A DNA stretch of 64,000 nt, taken from a virus. The notes below the pieces were generated by a model. It had not been told where the DNA came from and did not search any database. It saw only the letters and a program-made list of their open reading frames with translations. Shown here piece by piece: positions 59,251 through 64,000 of the stretch; position 1 is the stretch's first letter; each line of letters starts with the position of its first letter. Both the position numbers and the translations under genes were made by a program. The DNA lies in IMG/VR virus record IMGVR_UViG_3300029419_000188; one strand, given 5' to 3'.

Positions 59251-59460
59251 AATATACTCCTTTCTATAAACAATTCTTTAAATTGTATATACTTATAATA
59301 CAATTATATCATATACTCTGAAAATTAACATCTCTAGCCATAAGTACTAGTTAGTGCATGAATATATAATAAATGACATAAAAAACTACTATAATGAGAT
59401 ATAAAATTTATATCAAAACATATAATTAAAGAAAAAAAGGAGCTATTAAAGAAAAAAATT

Positions 59461-60069
59461 ATGATTGTTGGATATGCAGTACTTTATAAAGATGGAACTC
59501 TTGTAATTTCAAAAAAACATAGTATTTTATCAAAAAAAGTGAGAAAAGATTATGGTCAATTTGAAGATACAAATGTGTCATGGAAAAATGAAATAAAAAA
59601 AATAGAAAAGGTTCATATTTTAGATTAAATAAAATCAAATTATCTAAAAAAATGGTTTGAAGATTGTATCAATTTAACTACATTGATTGATTTTCAAAAT
59701 TTAGATACTTCTGATTGTACCAATTTTTCAAGAATGTTTACTTATTGTAAATCCTTACAAAATATAAATGAATTACAAAATTGGAATGTTTCCAATGGTA
59801 CTAATTTTTCATGTATGTTTTCATTTTGTGAATCATTACAAAACATACAATCTCTTAAATTATTTAATGTGTCCAATGGTATGAATTTTATAAGTATGTT
59901 TGAGGGCTGTAAAAACATTATAACACTTGAATATCTAAAAGATTGGGATGTATCAAACGGAACATTGTTTGGAGAAATGTTTAAAGATTGTATAAATTTA
60001 ATAGATATATCTGCTGTAGATCAGTGGAATATTTCTAAAGGAAAAGATATTGAAGATATGTTTGATTGA
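59461..60069 (+). pseudogene. DUF285/PARCEL family gene with an in-frame TAA (59626-59628)
   Basis: MIVGYAVLYKDGTLVISKKH...VHILD-TAA-IKSNYLKKWFEDCINLTTLIDFQNLDTSDC... aligns with the 1730..2497 protein; the stop falls where the paralog has Gln/Asn. Confidence 0.6.
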
Positions 60070-60414
60070 TGGTGAAAAAAAGAGAAAAATATTTGAAAAA
60101 AAACACTTGAACAATGTTCAAGTGTTTTTATTTATAATGAAAAAATCTTTGTATTATCCATAAAATATAGGAAAAAAGACAATATCAGAAAAGAGAAGAA
60201 ATAGTATAAGCAATATTGATAAAATGAAAAATATTTTCATATTCAACCTTCTTTCTTTTTTTATAATACACAAATATCAAAAAAATTATAAAAAAAATGA
60301 AGAACCTGAATCAGATTATCTTGTAAAAAAATTTGATTTTTTTTGGAAATTATGAATAATTTTATAAAAAATTTTTATAATCATAAAAAGTGAAAATTAA
60401 GTTTTCAAAAGGAG

Positions 60415-60525
60415 AGAAGATTATACAATATTTAGCAGATGATGAAAAAATTTTTAAAAAAGAAAATGATTGTAGAGAATATGAGGAATCTTTAAAAAAA
60501 ATAAGAAGCGAATGGATGATATGAT
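60415..60525 (+). pseudogene. 5' fragment of a paralog of 50497..51063 with the start codon mutated (ATA)
   Basis: leader and first ~30 codons (IQYLADDEKIFKKENDCREYEESLKK) match those of 50497, but ATG is replaced by ATA and a stop follows. Confidence 0.45.
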
Positions 60526-60695
60526 TAAAATACTTATTAAATCCAAAGGTGCCATTGTGGAATGTATTATTATCAATCAAAAACATTTCCACGGATTTAA
60601 GAAAATCTTTTGTTTTGGAGATGAACAATTTGAATTGGTAAATACAGAAAACTTTTAAGAAATGCTAGAAAAGAGTGGAAAAAAGGAGAGAAATT

Positions 60696-61202
60696 ATGAA
60701 GAAATTATTGAAGAAAAGTATGTTAATGTTAAGTGGATTAAGTCTTTTGAATTTCACTACATCAAACATTGTAAAAGGAGAAGAAGTAATGAAAATAAAT
60801 GAGACAGATGTTTCAAAATTAAATGTCAATAAAGTTTCCAATAAACAGTGGAGTAAAATGTTTAATGAAAATATATATTTGAATGAAAAAGAAACAGTAG
60901 AAGAAGTAATTGAAAAAATTAATGAAAATATTAAGAATGTTGATAACATTACTTCATTATTAGTAATTGCAGGGAAAAATGATTACACAAGAAAGAATCA
61001 AATATTTCCATTGAAAGAGATTTCATTAAAATATAATGATTCTAATGAGATTATTGATATTGAATTTCTTTCACCAGAGATGGATACCTTAAATATCAAT
61101 GAGAAAGAATTAGATTACTTACTTGTGAATTATAAGAATGACAAAATAGATACTGTTCATTTTATCTTCAAAAATTACACAAATTACACAATATTTTTTT
61201 AA
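60696..61202 (+). CDS. secreted hypothetical protein (signal peptide)
   Basis: consensus leader; MKKLLKKSMLMLSGLSLLNFTTS; terminator at 61206-61237. Confidence 0.5.
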   Translation: MKKLLKKSMLMLSGLSLLNFTTSNIVKGEEVMKINETDVSKLNVNKVSNKQWSKMFNENIYLNEKETVEEVIEKINENIKNVDNITSLLVIAGKNDYTRKNQIFPLKEISLKYNDSNEIIDIEFLSPEMDTLNINEKELDYLLVNYKNDKIDTVHFIFKNYTNYTIFF

Positions 61203-61349
61203 CAAATTAACTGGCTGTATTGCAGCCAGTTAATTTTCATAAGTATTTCAAATTGTCTATGCAATTTCCTATATTTTTTTTAATTGTTTGAATAATTGAA
61301 GAAATAAAAATGGAATCATTGGTGTTAAATTAAAACAACATCCTTTTTC

Positions 61350-61772
61350 TTGCCTATCTCATATTTTCCATTTTCAAACACAAAAGGAATTTCAGTCATC
61401 AATCTGGCATCTGATGAACTTACGTACTATGTTAGTGAAGATGTTCCTGCAAAAGAATACACATTAACACAAATAGTACAACTATGCTTTGATACAATTG
61501 ATGAGGCTATTGATGAGAGCGAAAAAAATATTGTAAAACAATTATCAAGTTTAGATAAATTGAAACAATATCGTAAATGTAAGTGTCCACGTTGTGGAAG
61601 TAAAAAAATCTTTAAATTTTGTTTGGATTCAGATTTGACATCAAGGGCTGGTGATTATTGTCCAGTAAATGAAGAAACATACTATACAAAAGAAGAATAC
61701 CATGTTGATGCATTTGATAGACCAGATATTGAGATTTTTCATTGTGGAGAATGTGATTATTTATTTTCGTAG
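61350..61772 (+). CDS. hypothetical Zn-ribbon protein (CKCPRCG...HCGECDY)
   Basis: intact paralog of the disrupted gene at 15172-15455; weak RBS. Confidence 0.45.
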   Translation: MPISYFPFSNTKGISVINLASDELTYYVSEDVPAKEYTLTQIVQLCFDTIDEAIDESEKNIVKQLSSLDKLKQYRKCKCPRCGSKKIFKFCLDSDLTSRAGDYCPVNEETYYTKEEYHVDAFDRPDIEIFHCGECDYLFS

Positions 61773-62172
61773 TAATTATAAAGAGTGGACATATTTTTGT
61801 TCACTTTTTTTCTTATATTTTTTTCAAATAATTATCATTATCAAACTGAATACAAATACTATATTGTAAAAATTTTGACTCTCTAAAATCAATTCTAAAC
61901 CCTTTTCAAGATTGTCTTAATGTATTTATATCATGACTGAGATTATAATTGTCTTAATTGTTTCTAGTATGTTTTCCGAAATTTAATAAAAATAGGTTTA
62001 CATAATTACATTATAGTTAACTTATTTGGTACTTGTGAATATTGTATCTTGATTTTTATCAATTGATTATCATTTCTATCGAAAATGGCAAAAGAGCACT
62101 CCAACTGATTTTTTAAATCAGTCGGAGATGAATTTTGCTCAACTTGAAAAGTTGGTTGAATAAATAGTTTAT

Positions 62173-62592
62173 TTATTCAACTTTTTGATTTTTGATATAT
62201 TCTTCCACTATTTTTGTGTTTCTTTCACTAACAGTACAAATAAAATAAGAATGACTCCAAAAATATGGTTTCCAATAATATTTATTTAATTGTTGTTGAA
62301 AGTTTTTTCTTATGTTCCTTGATGAAGCACTTTTAAATGCATTTATAAACTGAGATAAATTTACATTTGTACCACATTCAAATAATATATGAATATGATC
62401 AATATTTGTATTTATTTCAAGTAAATGAAAATCTCTTTCACTAAAATATGTATTTGTATAGTTTATTAAAAATTTTTCTAAATCATTATTAATTATAGGT
62501 TTTCTGTATTTTGTAACTAACACTAAATGGTATTGTAATAAAAAGCAACTATGTCGATTTAAATAATATGTATTGTTGTTATTTTTTTTCAT
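62173..62592 (-). CDS. tnpA: IS200-type Y1 (HUH) transposase TnpA
   Basis: HxH motif IDHIHILFE and Tyr region HSYFICTVSE; start at MKKNNNN with RBS AGGAAGGAG. Confidence 0.7.
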   Translation of the reverse strand: MKKNNNNTYYLNRHSCFLLQYHLVLVTKYRKPIINNDLEKFLINYTNTYFSERDFHLLEINTNIDHIHILFECGTNVNLSQFINAFKSASSRNIRKNFQQQLNKYYWKPYFWSHSYFICTVSERNTKIVEEYIKNQKVE

Positions 62593-62783
62593 TTTTTTAT
62601 ACTCCTTCCTATTTCTTGAATATTTTTTATGATACAATATATAATACAAATGTAACAACTGATAAATTTATTATATATATAATAACATATAAGTATTGAA
62701 AATTCAACACTTTTATATTGACAAATTGTATAACAACTGATATAATATAATTACAAAATATTAAATAGAAAGGAAGTGAGAAA

Positions 62784-64000
62784 ATGTATTACCAACAAGA
62801 TGAAAATAAAATGTATCAAGCTCAAACAATTGTAGTAAACAAACTAAAAGAACAAAAATTATTTCATTATTGTGAAGAACAATGTCATGCTGCAAAATTA
62901 TTAAGGAATGCAACTGTATTTCGTGGACGGCAATTACTTTTTGCATATAATAATGATTATAAAAATTTAAAAAATCATCAAATAGAAGTCATTGATGAAT
63001 TTAATACCTATATATCTGATAAGTATGGAAAGATTTCAAAAAATCACTATTTACCATATTCTCAAGAGTTTGAATATTTATATAAACAGAGTAATAATCC
63101 TGATTATTTTAATCCAATTTTAACATCTCAAACAAGAACTAGAGTTGTAAAACAAGCAATGGAAGATTTTAGTTCCTTTTTTAAGAATACAAAAAAATAT
63201 TATTCAGATTCTAAAAATTATACAGGCAAACCAAACTATCCAAAATATACAAAAGTTGAAACAATTACAGTCGATTATTCTAATCAAGATTGTACTATTT
63301 ATGAAATAGATGGTATTACTTATTTAAAATTACCACATATGCAAAAAAATAAAAATGCAAAATTGAAACCTAAAAAATGTGGTTATATTAATCTTGGTAA
63401 ATTAAAAATTAGAAAATTAATGAATTTAAAAATTTCACCTTATTATGACACTTATAAAATCAGTCTTGTTTATGAAATTGAAAAATTCACTACTTCATTA
63501 GATAATACAAGAATTTTAGGTCTTGATCCAGGACTAAATAACTTTTTAACTTCAAGTAATAACTGTGGATTACATCCATTTATTATTAATGGAAGAGATA
63601 TGAAGTCTTACAATCAACACTATAATGAAAAACTTGCTTATTTAAGAAGTAGATTACCAAAGAAACAATACACTTCTAAACAAATACAAAGATTATCAAA
63701 AAAACGAGACTGTTATTTTAACAATAAATTTCATAAAATAATAAATTATATCATCCAATATTGTATAAAAAATAACATTGGTACAATTGTTATTGGACAC
63801 AATAAATTACAAAAACAAAATTATAATAACGGTAAAATTCAAAATCAACATTTTTGTTTTATGCCAAATTATAAATTTCTTAAAATGTTTAAATTAAAAT
63901 GTGCAGTTTATAACTTAAACATAATAGAAACAGAAGAAAGTTATACCTCTCAAGCAAGTTTTTTAGATATAGATAAAATTCCAACTTATAAAAAGGGAAA
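62784..64000 (+). CDS. tnpB: TnpB (IS605 OrfB family), partial; continues beyond the window
   Basis: LGLDPGLNNF (RuvC-I D) and ESYTSQ (RuvC-II E) motifs; no stop before position 64000. Confidence 0.7.
   Translation, partial: MYYQQDENKMYQAQTIVVNKLKEQKLFHYCEEQCHAAKLLRNATVFRGRQLLFAYNNDYKNLKNHQIEVIDEFNTYISDKYGKISKNHYLPYSQEFEYLYKQSNNPDYFNPILTSQTRTRVVKQAMEDFSSFFKNTKKYYSDSKNYTGKPNYPKYTKVETITVDYSNQDCTIYEIDGITYLKLPHMQKNKNAKLKPKKCGYINLGKLKIRKLMNLKISPYYDTYKISLVYEIEKFTTSLDNTRILGLDPGLNNFLTSSNNCGLHPFIINGRDMKSYNQHYNEKLAYLRSRLPKKQYTSKQIQRLSKKRDCYFNNKFHKIINYIIQYCIKNNIGTIVIGHNKLQKQNYNNGKIQNQHFCFMPNYKFLKMFKLKCAVYNLNIIETEESYTSQASFLDIDKIPTYKKG

Larger units (their letters stand above)
62084..64000 (+). mobile_element. 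IS200/IS605-family element (divergent tnpA / tnpB), right part truncated by the window edge
   Basis: end sequence with hairpins (ccaactgatt-ttttaa-atcagtcgg; ctcaacttgaaaagttgg) at 62084-62172, tnpA on the minus strand, and a perfect TTGACA-17-TATAAT promoter upstream of tnpB. Confidence 0.65.

Noticed and set aside
7536-60949. Short ORFs nested inside or antisense to larger genes (e.g. 7536..7727, 7554..7790-, 12478.., 12820.., 13235..13495-, 13315.., 16712.., 22513..-, 23469..-, 27707..-, 27910..-, 29016..-, 29703..-, 32209.., 37985..-, 41685..-, 47078..-, 55323.., 55450.., 60362..60628-, 60665..60949-)
   Set aside because: They fall entirely within better-supported genes in other frames or strands, have low-complexity translations and no RBS.
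1-64000. Alternative genetic code (TGA=Trp), prompted by DUF285, which is typical of Mollicutes
   Set aside because: Trp is encoded by TGG throughout (e.g. WNVSNG), and ORFs up to 740 aa are intact under the standard code with TGA as stop.
1-64000. CRISPR arrays and tRNA genes
   Set aside because: No regularly spaced direct repeats with unique spacers were seen. GC-richer islands were inspected for cloverleaf and TPsiC-like (GTTCGAATC) features and none fit.

Overview
This is an AT-rich window (roughly 25-30% GC by eye) with strong AGGAG Shine-Dalgarno sites and the standard genetic code: TGG encodes Trp and long ORFs are intact. It looks like part of a large phage-like or otherwise mobile genome from a low-GC, Firmicutes-like host. 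The dominant pattern is dozens of short genes, each with its own copy of a recurring promoter (TTTT..ATCTATAATA) and an almost invariant leader (TTTTAAAAGGAGAGAAAATTATG), followed by a strong rho-independent terminator hairpin. Recognisable genes are: DUF285/PARCEL repeat proteins (two intact tandem copies plus three decayed ones); a nucleotide-metabolism set (guanylate-kinase-like protein, thymidine kinase with an unusual C-terminal Panacea/DUF4065-like domain, dCMP deaminase, HAD-type 5'(3')-deoxyribonucleotidase); a flotillin/SPFH protein; a RarA/MgsA AAA+ ATPase; a cluster of a VWA-domain protein, a 733-aa triple-repeat protein and a CbbQ/NorQ-like MoxR ATPase; a cell-envelope/lysis-like group (membrane protein, Ig-like SGNH hydrolase, SleB-like hydrolase); a GT-C-like membrane glycosyltransferase; a PF10127-like nucleotidyltransferase; and a tyrosine integrase. 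Mobile DNA: one complete IS200/IS605-family element (tnpA+tnpB with end hairpins and a GC-rich right-end RNA region), one TnpB-only element inserted into a Zn-ribbon gene, a third IS605 element (tnpA + partial tnpB) at the window end, a truncated TnpB-like remnant followed by a structured region, an ISAs1-family transposase fragment, and left-end-derived repeats in inverted orientation around a 3-kb module. Further signals are a 14-bp palindrome TTGACAATTGTCAA at five promoters, tandem inverted-repeat modules in the first 1.1 kb, several ORFs interrupted by single in-frame stops, and GC-rich structured non-coding islands. No CRISPR array or tRNA was recognised. Family names for the DUF285, Panacea, SleB, SIMPL, PF10127 and DUF2325 calls are assigned from remembered motifs, not from searches.
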